From Lingula anatina (lineage: Eukaryota; Animalia; Brachiopoda), in contig CM120646.1 of the NCBI GenBank assembly GCA_051362555.1, positions 5,270,001 to 5,334,000 on the forward strand: DNA of 64,000 nt, written 5' to 3'. The notes under the pieces were generated by a model that was not told the origin of the DNA, searched no databases, and saw nothing but the letters and a program-made list of their open reading frames with translations. The translations under genes were made by a program, and so were the position numbers. The number at the start of each line of letters is the position of its first letter. The stretch's first letter is position 1. This document shows positions 1 through 13,200 of the stretch, piece by piece.

Positions 1-686
1 CCCCTGTTTTCAACGGGCTTCCGATCACTCAGAGAACAAATTTTGGTCCACTCTCACAAATGTCACAAAAGAAGATGATGCGATATTTAATATAAAGTAC
101 ATTAACACTGGTGCAAGCGTTTGATGTTGATTATCAAATATTATCAAAGCTATTTAAGGAGGGGAGAGTGAGTAAAATCTGTTCTCTAAGCAGGGATAAC
201 AGAAGCTTAAGGTGCTATTGTAAAGGAAATCCCTTTCTCTGAATAACGGTGTCCTATTCTACCTATCATTGCTATGTTTCTTCACTTTTGCCTTTTGTAC
301 GAAGAAAGAGTTAGATAGAATAAAACGGAAGGTCAGGCACAGGCGAGAAAAAAATGTCTCAGAACGTATTAATAATTTTTCTACCTTACACAGTGGGACA
401 GCCGCAGCCTTGACTTTATTAAAATACAAGTAAACACAATTAAAACTTTTGAAATAATATTGGTAATCCACAACAACCGCACATGACGTAAGCGCCATTG
501 TATTCAGTGTGCTTGTGTTAGACTTTCGGGTCATCAACAACACGATAATCTCCTTCATTTTTGAAGGTGGCTTTCTTTCCGTATTTCATGTTGACTCACA
601 CTGAATGTCCTATTAGATTTTATGGATCAATGATTGTTAACCCAATTATTGATTACCTACAAATATTATTGGTATTAAATTGTCAT

Positions 687-951
687 CAGTGGCGGATTAA
701 GGCGGGTGTCAGGGGGGTCCTGACCCCCTCCTTTCGTTTTCTGAAACAATCACACCAATGGTCCCCTCTTGAAATTAGAATTTTGACTTGCTGAATCATA
801 GTTTTAAACCGTACCAAATGGCACCGTTCGCCCTCTAAAATACCAATTTTTTTCGGGCCCCGAACCCCACGCCAAGGGGTTAGGCGTGAGGGTCGGCTTC
901 GCGTCCGCGGACCCTCCCCCTCCCCTTCAAATAATCCTGTATCCGCCCCTG
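687..951. mobile_element. MITE (non-autonomous DNA transposon, 265 bp)
   Basis: Termini cagtggcggat...atccgcccctg form imperfect TIRs. Exact 6-bp TSD tgtcat at 681-686 and 952-957. Confidence 0.8.
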
Positions 952-3890
952 TGTCATCATGGATGCTCTGACAAGCCAGTGACTCGATGGAAATATACCC
1001 TGTACTAAGGCCATAGACTGATTTCACAAATATGTCTCTGACCAATTTTATTTTTTACATTTTTCTCAACTGTTCAGCGAGAATTTTTTGCGTGCAATGA
1101 ATGTCATCATTCAGCTAAAGAGAAGTGGAGCTGTGTTGTACGTTTGGACGGAGGGGTAGATAGGAATAACACGGGACCATGGTCTTTTTATTCCATTTTC
1201 CTTTTTTCTAGCGCATCTTAAACATTTTTTGGAACTCTGGTTCAAAATTATAACACATTCCCTAAGTATAGGTCACATGGCCACCGACCGCACTTGTTAT
1301 CTCTTTCAAACAGTTATGTAGCTCACTAATAACTGAACATTCTGTAGGGAATTTTAAATAATTGGCATTGGCGAAGATACAACATTGAGACATCATGTTG
1401 TACCAGAGGCCGACGTCTGAAAAGCAAAAGTGACCAGGAAAACCAACCCCTCGCCTGTTCAGAAGAACTGGACCACTATCCTGAAATCATCTTAAACAGT
1501 AAAATGTATCTGGGGAAATTTACTGACGAAAAAGTACTGCCTGTCATCTCCTACCATGTCGTTTTCATATACTTGATGCTTCACGCCCACGCCCCGTTGT
1601 TGGCGGTAGGAAAGTGACGAGACAAGCCACACGTAGGGGCCTACTTCATGTATACGTACAGACATCCAGATCATTTTATTCCTTGGACCTTTTCAATAAA
1701 ATACATACACAACGGGGGCTCCATGGGAAGGCACAGTTATCTTGGGACAACCCTTACCCTTTTTTACCTCCCCCCAAAAACAGTAAAAATAAACAAAAGT
1801 ATGCTAAAGTCTCACCCCTGCGCCTAGTGCCCCCCCCCCCCCCCCCCCCCCCCCCAATTTCAGCAGTGATACTCCTGGGGAAAATTCCAAAATAGTCACT
1901 GCCTCGTCCGCCTCAACCTGATAGATACCCATGCATGGGATTCATGGGGATATGGTGATCTTTTTTTTATCAAATTTTAATCAACTTTTTAATCAACGCT
2001 CTTGCAAGTTCACGCGTTCAATTACATTTAATGTATTCAAATATTTTATATAAAAATGATAGAAAATGACAACGGTAATGAAAAGTGAACGGTCTCTTTG
2101 ATTCTTAACGAAGCTGCTTAGATGTATAAACGAATGCAGAAATATTTCTATTTGTGTATTTCTTTGTGACATTATAGCCCTCAAAATCTCAAAATCATAT
2201 TTCGCGTCTCAAGTATGTTTGTGTACGTCACTAGGTGCTTATAACAAAATATCAGGCAACCCCTCAACCTTACATTAAAACCACAACACATCACTAAATC
2301 GAACAGAATAAAAAATGCATTTGAAAACTGTCACTCACTTATAGGCACATACGCCTGACGTAGGTAATGAACAAATGAAATGCTGTTCGATTGAAAAACC
2401 AAACATAGAGACAAATATTGTCGCGTGTACACAGCTAGGCATCTTCGTTGTTTGGTAAAACTTGTAAATATTTATCGCCGACGTTGAAGCTGAAAAGATT
2501 TTATTTCCAATAAATTTGGGACGGAAATTTCCTCTAGGCGTCTGTCTCTACCGCGCACGGTTTCTATGGGCCCATACCCAATGAATTTTGTCGACCTAGC
2601 TAATGCCCACTTACTCCTAGGGGACTCTAGCCGATTGCAATTAGATCAACAGATTAACACATGTTTCCAACGTGCTTTAATAAACACCAACTTTTCTCTA
2701 TTCTGCTCAACGCCAGGAGGAGGCGAGTAAGTCTGTTAATCTGACTGCATTCAGCGAGAATTCCGGTGGAGTTAGTGCGCATGAGGTAAGTCGACAAAGT
2801 CCATTGTGAACGGTCCCTATGTACATATGTATCTTTCCATTTCACGAGCAATCTGCGCATTTTCCTAGGCGCAGCCTACTAACAGAATTTGGGACTTTAA
2901 TTAACTGGGTGATGTAATGCTGTAAACAGTGTTTGTCGTGTAAACTTTGTATTTGCTGTGGCCTCTGGGCACACGGAGTGGTTTCCAAGTTTTAGTTAAA
3001 AACAGAATAATATTACAACGCCGGGTTTTGACTTGTAACTGCAAACCAGAGATTTCATTTACTTAATCGGAAATCGTTTTGAGAATTGTTTAACGAAAAA
3101 GTTTGTTTTTTCACAAAGAAAAAGTCGGAATTCCGGCTCAAAATTTGACATCTAGACAGACTGTAGGATACTGTGGCTAAATAGCTAAAGTTTCCTACGC
3201 GGGCGTTGTTTTATGTGTTAGATAAAGAAAGGCCTTGGCCTAATTCACTCCGTCCTCAATCTCTATTTTAGCTACATTACATAGCTACATGCTCGTTATG
3301 TCTCTTCATTAAGAAACATCCTGAAAAACCCAGGAAACTCCAATAATTTTCCCCAATAACAAACACATACTCTACCCAAAACTGTTACTGTTAAGAAAGT
3401 AAAGCCTATTTTCAAATTAAAAAATGTCAAAAAACTATTTATTTTTTCTTTGAATATGATGTACCTCATTTAGTGTCAAAGTTTCCAGAAAAAAATTTTT
3501 TTTTTCGCTACACATTAGTCATATGTTGATTGTGTGTCCTAACTAAGGACCTAGACCTACTCGGCTGCGACAGTTGGTGCAATTGTATCGTATTGTGGTA
3601 GATGTGCAACACATTGACACGCACAAACACACACACATATATAGCACCTACTGCATTCCAAAAAGTGTTTAATCCTGAGCCTACTACTCGTAAAAAAAGA
3701 GGGGCGAGTTTATAACAAATAAATTATAAAAGAAATTTAAGAAAATATAATTTTGTCGAATATTTACCTTACTTTATTATAATCATAACTATCACTCAAT
3801 ACATTTCTGTAATCGTTAATCATTCGTTAGAAATATCCGGCGTCATTATGAAACTTTTGAATATGGGCAATCTGAGAGCAAAACGCTCAC

Positions 3891-3947
3891 CTTGCAGCCC
3901 TTACATAAACATGATGCACCCAAACATCGTCCAACACAGGAAGACAT
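3891..3947 (-). CDS. Candidate first coding exon of a divergent gene (MSSCVGRCLGASCLCKGCK), unverified
   Basis: caaaATG context, 19 open codons, donor AAG|gtgagc. A possible phase-matched next exon lies at 1480-1327. Confidence 0.25.
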
Positions 3948-4231
3948 TTTGAAGTCTAGGCCTCATAATTTTTTTTTTTTTTTTTTAGCAAACTTGTGAA
4001 TAGGTAATGATTGACTGCAATTTACATCTAGACTGTGCTTCTTTGCCGGTAGTGTGATTAAACAAGAAATTTAAAATAATAATAATTAACACTGCGTTGT
4101 TAAATTTTCAAAAATGAAGCATAGACACACGAGCGGATAATATCCTATATTATTGTGTTTACTTTATCTTACCCGCGCTTATACCCGCCCGTTCAGTTGT
4201 AAATGGAGCGTGCGCTGAAATCTACATGCTG

Positions 4232-4247
4232 AGGTCAAAGTAGGTCA
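4232..4247 (+). promoter_or_regulatory. Perfect nuclear-receptor DR4 element (AGGTCA-aagt-AGGTCA) overlapping a RORE (AAAGTAGGTCA)
   Basis: Two exact AGGTCA half-sites with a 4-nt spacer, about 250 bp upstream of the putative TSS. Confidence 0.5.
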
Positions 4248-4467
4248 AATAGTGCGACGTTCTTGATTGCATTATATTCATCCGCATATTTCCCACGGCA
4301 ATTATATATTCTTTCTCAAAGTGCAGCTCAGTAAAGATTGTTTATGAAGCACATGATTTGTTCTGTTATTCATCGATTAGGTTGCCAATGCTTCAAGTGT
4401 CTTATGTATAATGTAACATTGAATAGCGTCTGAACTTTTTTCTCGCATCTAATTTGTTATTCGGTTC

Positions 4468-4487
4468 CATCATGGCGTCGGCCATTT
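4468..4487. promoter_or_regulatory. Two opposed YY1-like motifs near the putative TSS
   Basis: catcatggcgtc and cggccattt resemble the YY1 core (A/C)ATGGCG / GCCATnTT. Confidence 0.35.
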
Positions 4488-4489
4488 AA

Positions 4490-4732
4490 CACATAATTTA
4501 TTTTATTTGAAGTTCAAATTAAAATTATTTGCAATTCCGTTGAATGGTGTTGATCGGACTTGCCAAGGAGAGAGGAGAGGAGGATATGCAAGTGCGAGTT
4601 GAGTCTTGCTGTCATTAGCGCAGCTATAGTCTTAGAAGAGGACGCCGACTGCGAGCTCGACTGATCCTCAGTGAAAACGACCTGCCCAGCCCTCGGCTTG
4701 TCCGATTTCTTGTAGATTTCACTCCTTTTAAG
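4490..4732 (+). other. Putative non-coding first exon (5' UTR) of KMT2C; the 5' boundary is approximate
   Basis: CpG-richer segment after YY1-like motifs, ending at donor AAG|gtgggt (4732). It would splice to tttttgtag|6011, the exon carrying the ATG. Confidence 0.5.
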
Positions 4733-6060
4733 GTGGGTTGCAGATAAAAATGTGTCATGTGCTTCAGAAAACCTTTGTTTGATTTTTTGAGTAGAATATC
4801 AGTCCAAAAGCCGAAGTAATTCAGTCTGTTCCGTAAAGGACTTCTCGTTTTTCTTTGTGCGGCCTACTTCATCGGCAAATCCATTTGATTGGAGAGCCAT
4901 CGATTGGTTGCGCGGAGCTGCGTTGCATAGAATTTATTTTTAATTGAATGCTTGCAGGAAAGGCTTTTACTATCGTCAGTGGAGCTGTTTATTAATTTCT
5001 ATCAGGCCCGTTACTGTTAATTCATGTTTGAACTAAAATATACCGGCAGTAGTAGTAGTCGTAGTAGTGCAACTCGACACTACCTATTTAGTTCGAAGAT
5101 CAGACCTTACATATTGTTCGTTCCCAAACAATGAACAATTATGATAATGGTAATGACTTTTTCCACAGCTGGGATTTTGAGTTTGCTCTCTGCATTTAAA
5201 ATTTACACATTATTTCTGTTTTAAAGGGGGTTGTTCATTGTATTTACTCGAGTATGTTAATAATTGGTAATAACTCAAGCTTTGCAATGATATGATTAAT
5301 GTGTCTCCATGCTTGCATGTTTGCCACTAAACTTTTTTTTATTTCTGATACATAGTATTTTGTAAACACAATTATGTGTTAGGGTTTTTTTTTCTAGAAT
5401 ATACTCATATTGCTAGTTGATAGTGCTAGTTCAATGCAATTGCAGTACTGGCTGATACATATAAGACCTTCAAATACTTGAAGCTTGTTTTCTACATGAA
5501 GGTGGCTAATTCCGCATGGATAATTGCGGGAATATCCTTTCCACCCAACAATCATGAGAGTTTTAATTCCAGAAAAAAACTAGTGCATTCATTCATACAT
5601 TGCATAGTTTCTTTAGCACTTATGATTCTCTGCATGCTGGTTTGAGGTTCATTTCCTTTCATTTCCCGAAATATTTTGAAATCATATCAATTTTTTTGCA
5701 TGCCTTACAAATATCCCTCCTTGCTGCATACTCATTCTGCTTCCTGAACCCCTCTTCTTCTTCTAACTAACAGTCAGGTGTAGATGATTCTCCCTTTCTT
5801 TTTTCCCCAGTCTGCAATTCTTCCTTCCTTCTATCCCATTCCCTCATTCCTTCCTGCTAATTCTTAAATCATTCATTCATCATTTTCTTCTGAATGCATG
5901 ACTTTCACCTTTGTTGCTGTCTGCTCTTCTCCTGTGACAGTATACCGCTTTTCATGATTACCTGCACTGCTTGCATTACCTGCAGTAAGCTTTGCCTCTG
6001 CTTTTTGTAGGTCTCCCTCTCCCTCCGCACTGCAAGCTTGAGTCTGGAAGATAACTCAGC

Positions 6061-7264
6061 ATGTCAAGTAAGTGATATCATAACCAAACCAATATGTAGA
6101 TCTCTTTCTAGATACTAAATCATCCATTGATAAAGGAAATCATATTCAGCATTATTTGTGTCCTCATTATCAATTTTTAGAGTGGGCAGTCATTGTTATT
6201 GCAGGAGGGTCAAATCTTATGTCATCTGACGTGATTCTAGTTAAGGACCTGCTTGACCAGGTGTTGATTATGATCTTGATACTAAATGACTGCCAGAGAT
6301 AATGTATAATTTGATTTTGTGGATTAGATTGAAATGTTCTGGCTAATTATGAATTGCTGCTTTCGTAGTTTATATCCATTGATTCATACTTTTTTGGTAT
6401 CTGAATTTGCACCTCTGATCATTCTTATCATATTTAGGTATGGTATTAGTCAGCATCATATATGTCTGTTCTTTTCCAAAGGTGACAAGATTGGATTAGA
6501 AATTTTGATTTGGATAAACTGAGAAATGTAATAGTTTATAACTTATTTTTGTGGAATTGAAATCAAAATTGTTGCATTGGCCTACAGGCAGAAATAGGCA
6601 GCGTTTGCGCAAGCAAGACCCAGAAAGGTCTACGCCGACACCAGAACCCCCAAGTGGTCAAGCAGTTGGAATGGAAGGTGATGACATTGCTAAGAAGGTC
6701 AGTGGGTCAAGGTCACAGAAAGATGCATCGTCTCCCACACCAGGGAAAAAGAAAAGGTGAGTAGTATATTTAAAGGGCAAACTGATATATCAAATTTGTA
6801 TCATGCAGCTTTTGCTGGTTTCAGACTTAAGATTTTATTATATATAGTCATTTTGGAAAAATAAAATACTTCAAAAATGTTTGTATTATAACTAATTTTT
6901 TTTTCTTTAACATAGCTTAAATACATTAAAGTACTTAAAATGAATATAATTAAATTTCATTTTCATTACAAAAAAGAATACGGCCCCCCAAAATCAAGGT
7001 CAAAATCCCCGAACCTCCCCCGCCATCTGCACAACCCTCCACCACAGAGGTCGGAGCAGAGTTAGAGATATCTACCGCAGAATCCGAGCTTCTGGAATCT
7101 TCCAACCCGGCTTCCTTGGACTCGTCCACAGTGTCTCAGTTTGACTCCAGCAAGGAGGAGGTGGTCGAGTTGGGCGAGGATGAGGGGTCCAAGGGTCTCT
7201 CTGGAAGCACGGGCTGTCTGTCGGGTCTTGGCGAGGAGGGCGGATCAGAAGAGGGGGATCAGCC
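6061..7264 (+). CDS. KMT2C: KMT2C N-terminal exons ([17 protein letters not shown]...GDQP)
   Basis: ATGTCAA|gtaagt joins cag|GCAGAAAT in frame. Exon 6977-7264 is open and ends CC|gtaagt, but its acceptor (aaaaag|) is atypical. Confidence 0.7.
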
Positions 7265-10200
7265 GTAAGTGTGATGTTGATCAATATTTAAAGTGTTGAT
7301 TTTGTATCTCTCTTGCTCTTTTTCCCCCCTTTTTTTTAGATAAGTCAGTTTCAGTTTTTCTACTGGCAGCAAATTTGAATATCCTTTTAAGCAAAAAGAA
7401 GACTAATTATGTGAATTAATAGCCACTAAATTACTGTTGCCATCAGATATCAATTTCGCCACCAAGTTTCAGTTTTGCTTTGATCCTCTAGGTTTATATT
7501 CAGTAAACTGTGAAGGTGCTCTATGGTTCCTCTAGTCTAGGCTGTTACATTTGCTAGTGTACATGAAGAATCTGCATATATCTTTTCCAAGAATTTGAAG
7601 ATGAAAAAGGGAAAGAATAAAAAGACAAGCAAGGTTAAAATCAGAACCTTTGAAAAGATATTTATGTTACCAGATCAATGTCTGTTAAGATCAATCTTCA
7701 GATTTTCAATTTTTTTTTAAATCTAGGATTTGTTCATTATGTGCTTGTGGAAAGAAGAGTCTACTAGGTCAGGGGGACTTAACACGCTATGAACCTACAC
7801 CAAATTTCAATCCTTTCAAAAAACAACTTGCCAAAGCTAATCGTAGAAGCTCTTCTGAGCTGGATGATCGTTCGGGAGAAAAGAGTCCAAAACATCTGAC
7901 ATGGCGGCGTGCTCGTGGGCCCTTAAAACCAGGAAGGTGGGTATCAATGACCCTTGTTTCAAAATTGGAATTAGATAGGCTAGTTTTTGAGCAAGAACCA
8001 GTACAACTCAGAATCTCAATATTATATATTTGAAGGACATAACTATACACACTTTTTGTAAAATTTTGAATTTTAGATCAAAGTTAAGCCTAGGACTGTT
8101 ACTGTATTTTTGTCTGTATTCAGTAACTTGGCCTTACACAGCGTTTATTTTTAACTTTGTATTGGAGGAATTCCATTACAAACTGAATTCGAAGAAACAT
8201 CTAAATTTACAAAAAAAAAAAAGAAAAAAAAAGAAAAAAACATCCTATTAATCTATTAAATCTATTCTCAATGGAAATCATTTTCAGAGAACGCAGTAAA
8301 TCCCCAAGACGGCCCAATCCTCACAGTATAACAGACGCTGATGGCCGCCCAATTGCCACAGTGGATGAACTGAACACAGTGGGATATCCAGAAGACACAG
8401 ACATACACAGGCTATTTGAACCCTCGGGTAATAATAATTGTTGTGAAAATTTGAGATTAAATCAGTGACTTAGCAGTGAAGATGACAAAAAAGATACAGG
8501 TTATAGTATAAGGCATGTGGCATGGTATTTAGGAGTTTAGAAGCCACTATTGAAATTGTTGAGTGTTTGTCAATGGTAACAATTGTCTTCCTTTGATATC
8601 AGGTCACACTTCTGCTCACCACTGTTGTGCCGCGTGGTCAGACGGTGTGATACAAGCTGAGGACTACACTCTACAATATGTGGACAAGGCTGTGTTTGCT
8701 GGAACCAGTCAGGTAATAGATATGTTGTTAGCTGGAACAAGTCAGATATTATAACAGATGTTGCTGGATGAGATTTTATATTGACTAACAAGGTGTTGGC
8801 AAATATTTGTCTTCTTGTATTTCCTTGTTTAATGCTAACCATCATGGTTTTTGTGAATAAAGGCTTAAGCATCAAGGTAGTTGCATCTGCTAGCAAAATG
8901 AATTGGCAGTTACTGTGAGATATATGTGATAATTGTTGTATTGTTTTATTAATATGATTTTTGTGCCTTTTTAATAGGCAGTCTATCGAAAATGATGCCA
9001 TATAAATATTATAATTTTTTTTCATCCCAGAAATGTGCCTACTGCAGAAAGTTTGGTGCCACTATCAACTGCCGCTACCAGAAGTGCAATAAGAAGTACC
9101 ACTACCCGTGTGCCTCAGGCGGAGGCTGCTTCCAAGACATCAAGACCCTGTCCCTGCTGTGTCCAGACCACACTGACCAGGCAGTGTCCATAGCTGGTCA
9201 GGAGGCTCTGTGTGTGGTGTGTGACCAGGCCGGGGATGTCCTGGAGCAGTTGTTTTGTACCAGCTGTGGCCAGCACTACCATGGGACTTGCCTGGATCCC
9301 CCAGTCCAGGTGAACCCCATTGTGAGGGCAGGATGGCAGTGCCCAGAGTGCAAGATATGCCAGACATGCAGGTAGAAATGTTATGATATATTGTTAGGAT
9401 CTTGAAACCCTTTAACTTTCGTTTTGAGGATTTTCTAAAAGAAAAATGGGAATGTGGGTGTTCAAAAATGGCGTGCATCTTCTCTTTGGAGGGTTGCTTT
9501 AAAAAAGTTTAAAAAAAATGCATGATGGTTGTCAAAATGTGATCTATAGCCAGGAAAATTGGTTGTCTCTTTTCTGTGGATTACTTTTAGAAAGAGAGAT
9601 ACAGAATGTGACTGCCAGTCAAATTTAAAATTCAGTTTTGAAGACTTCCCTAGCATATAGATGTGGTTCCCATAGATAATGTTCAGACATTTTTTTTTTA
9701 AACCCAGGCATGTGATGAGGAAATACAAATATCTAATGTCTGCATTTAAAATTGATTCCTAATGAATTATATTTTGTTGCCTAGGCAACCAGGGGATGAC
9801 AATAAGATGTTAGTCTGTGACACATGTGACAAGGGCTACCACACCTTCTGTCTCCGGCCAGTGATGACCACCATACCAAAGAATGGCTGGAAGTGTAAGG
9901 TAAGAGTGACCAGACCTTTCATGATGCCGATGACCCCTTGGTCCATGATATATAACACTAGATGCCCTTTAATCTGTTGCCGATGTTCGTTAGATATCTC
10001 AAAATGCAGTAGAAATGTTTGGCCTTGTGCATGCCCTTAATTTGCCTGTGACAAAGTGAAATGTGGATTATGCATAGCAGGTTTGCACCACACCTTGTTG
10101 ATGCTTTTGGAAGATCATTGCACATGCTACAAATTGTGTCAGTACATAAACTTTTTTCACGTTTGTTCATGTGTTAAGAAGAGTGAAATTTTTTTTGAGT

Positions 10201-13200
10201 GAACTTTCTTGGTTGTATTTGCATCTTTGTGTCGCAGTAGATGTGAGTAGTCTTTTTCATTTGTTTCACAGCGCCTTTCCAATTTCATTAATTCTTTTTA
10301 TTGTGGTTCTCCAGAACTGTCGCGTGTGTGGTGACTGTGGTTCCAGAACGCCAGGCAGCGGTCCCAGCTCCCGCTGGCATCTCAACTACTCCGTGTGCGA
10401 CAGCTGCTATCAGCAGAGAAACAAGGGTCTGTCGTGCCCAGTGTGCGGCAAAGCCTATAGGCAGTTTACGCAGAAAGCTATGGCACAGTGCAAGACTTGT
10501 AAGAAGTAAGTGCATTGGTGGCGTTGTTAGTATTGTGAAGTTGAATTATACATGTAGAGGAATGCAGAAAGCGATAACATATCGTGTATAACTTGATTCG
10601 GTACATAATTTCTATCTAGTGTAGCTGTGAAATATTCATACAGGTAGAAGAATATAATACAATTTACAGGCAGTTGATACAGAAGACTTCAATACAATTG
10701 TAAATGCTTTTGTCAAGAAGTACATAATTTCTGGTATTAAAATAAAATGAAATAAATACAAATAGAGGAATATAGTACAGTTCCTCAAATAACTGGCACA
10801 GTAAATCTTAGTATAGTGTGCAGTTGAATGGTTAGTTATAATAAGATTGTATTTATGCTAGGATGTAGTGTGTGACCTCTTCAAGGCAATTATTATGCAG
10901 ATAAAAGGGTATAGGAAGAATCAGCCCAGCTTACTTGAAATGTAGTTTAGGCAGTTTGTGATCTGCAATAAGTCAGTTATGGATGGTGTTGTAATTATAT
11001 GTAGATATTAAGTTGTATATTCTATGTAAGTGGTAACAGCAAGGAGAGTAATAAACTCAGAGGAACCAGTTGGAGATCATAATTTTTCCACAGGCAAAAC
11101 ATGATAAAAACTCACTTTTTCTAATGGTCGTTCTTTGTCCCTGTTACTGAAATTGACCACCAGGTGGTACAGTGGTCAGGACAACCCCCCTCCACTCTGC
11201 ACACTTTTAAACTAATAAAGTTTTTCATAAGCTTTCATAATAATTTACTTATGCACAAAATAAAAAAAAAATGGTCTTTGAAATGATGAATATTTCTGCT
11301 GAACTAAGACGTAAAATATAGAGAACTATTGTTTAGAATGAACTTTCATGAAACCATTTTTCCTTTATTCTCTTAAGAAGACCTGATTGTGTATTTCTAA
11401 TTTCATCTATTATTTCATTTTTTTTTCAAGTTTTTCCCCGTTGTATAGACTTTAAAGCAAGATAAAAATAAATTTAGAAAAGGAAAACATTGAAGCAACT
11501 TTGTAGACCACTCATTTCAAGGCTGCATAATTTAGATGCTGCTGGTAAGCAGATGTTACCACTAGCATCATCTTATAGATCAACCAGTTTGATAAATGTG
11601 ATTATTCAGGTGGCGTCCTGATTTTCAGACCTTTTAATCTGAAACAATCACATTCCTAGAAAGTAGCTCATGCATGGTGCATGATGTTACTGAGAAATCA
11701 TTCTCTGTTTCAGGTATGTTCACAACGACTGTGACAGCGCAGTGGACTTTGGAGCCTTTACTCCTCAGCAGCAGGCAGAGTATGTGTGCTCTGTTTGCAA
11801 AGACAGACCTCCAGACGATGTGCCGGTAAATACTGACATTTTAAACTTTTTCAATATAAGAGTAAATCATAACTATTTTACATAAGCTGGATTTTTTTTC
11901 TTCCAGCTTGTCTCAGATAGTTGTGTATTCAAATTCCAAGCTAATCAATGAACTTTTTTCTCAAGATTAGTCTGATTTTATGTTGAGATTACAATATCCA
12001 GTTATGAAGGTTTTGTATAAAGTTAACTTGAGTTATTTAATTAAAAAAACAAAAAATGAATTGTTGACAAAGAAAAACATATTCAAACATGTTAGACGCT
12101 ACTAGTCTGTCTGTATTTTTGACATGATGTAGCTGGTAGGCGTAAATGTCAACATAGGTCTGTATTAGAAATGTGACTGATTGCAGAGAATAAGAACATA
12201 TGAAGAACTAAATATCCTCATTTTCCAAGCCTGTCCAGAAATGCAAAAAAAGGTGCGGGTTGTGATAAAGATGATAAATTCTTCCACTTTTATCCTTAGA
12301 TTTGGATATGAAACATGTATCTTATGGTGGTCATTGGAATTGCTTGTAACATTGAATTTAATTGACCTATTTTTCCAGATGGAGACCAACCTGACTGAGA
12401 GTCTGAACAGTATGATTGAGGAGACAGACCTGGTGGACATGCAGGACTTCAGTATATTTCAACGTAAGTTCAACTCCACTTTAATTAAGAGGCATATCAT
12501 GGGTATTAGACGTTTTTAAAATGTACGTACAAAATTTAAATTTCTAAAAATATTTGCAATTTTTCCTTTATCAATAAGGTAGGCCCAGCCCAGAAATGTT
12601 GAGGAAATTATTATTAAGTATTATTATTGTTATCAATTCCAGAGACAGAGGGGTCAGTCAATGAGGAGAGCCTGCAGGAGGCAGACCTGCAGAGTTCCCA
12701 GGAGTCCCTGCTGCTGGATGATAACTCCATGTCCAGTATGGACATTGATCTCAACGTGCTGGAGAAGGTGAGGAACTTTGTTATATATCAAAGTTTGATG
12801 CGTATGATATCCAGAGAGTTTTACACCTATGTCAGGCTGTTGACAGCTTTTCTGTGGTTCACCTGCTCACTACAAAAATAGATAAATGAATAATAATGAT
12901 AAAAGAAATATATATATATGAAATAGAATGGGTACATGAATGATTGGGTGAATAAATACATTAATGAATATACCAAGTAAATAAACAAATTTAAATTTTA
13001 TAAAAAAAAGGTGAATATGTTTATGGAAAATTAAAAAAAGATATGCTGAGAAATAACTAGATTTTCCAAGTCCTATAGTCTCAGTGCCTGAACCATCTTA
13101 TCTTGTAGGGGGCAGCACAGTTAGCACAGTTAACCAATCAGCAGTCCCCTCATCTGTCCGCCATGTTGAAAAGTGGCTCTGGGGCAGTGGCGGCAGCTTC

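Noticed and set aside
259-558. 99-aa minus-strand ORF, plus ORF 2654-2860
   Set aside because: No recognisable motif and no convincing exon chain.
1830-1855. Long poly-C/poly-G runs (also about 32244 and 52225)
   Set aside because: Simple homopolymers with unreliable lengths and no supporting context.
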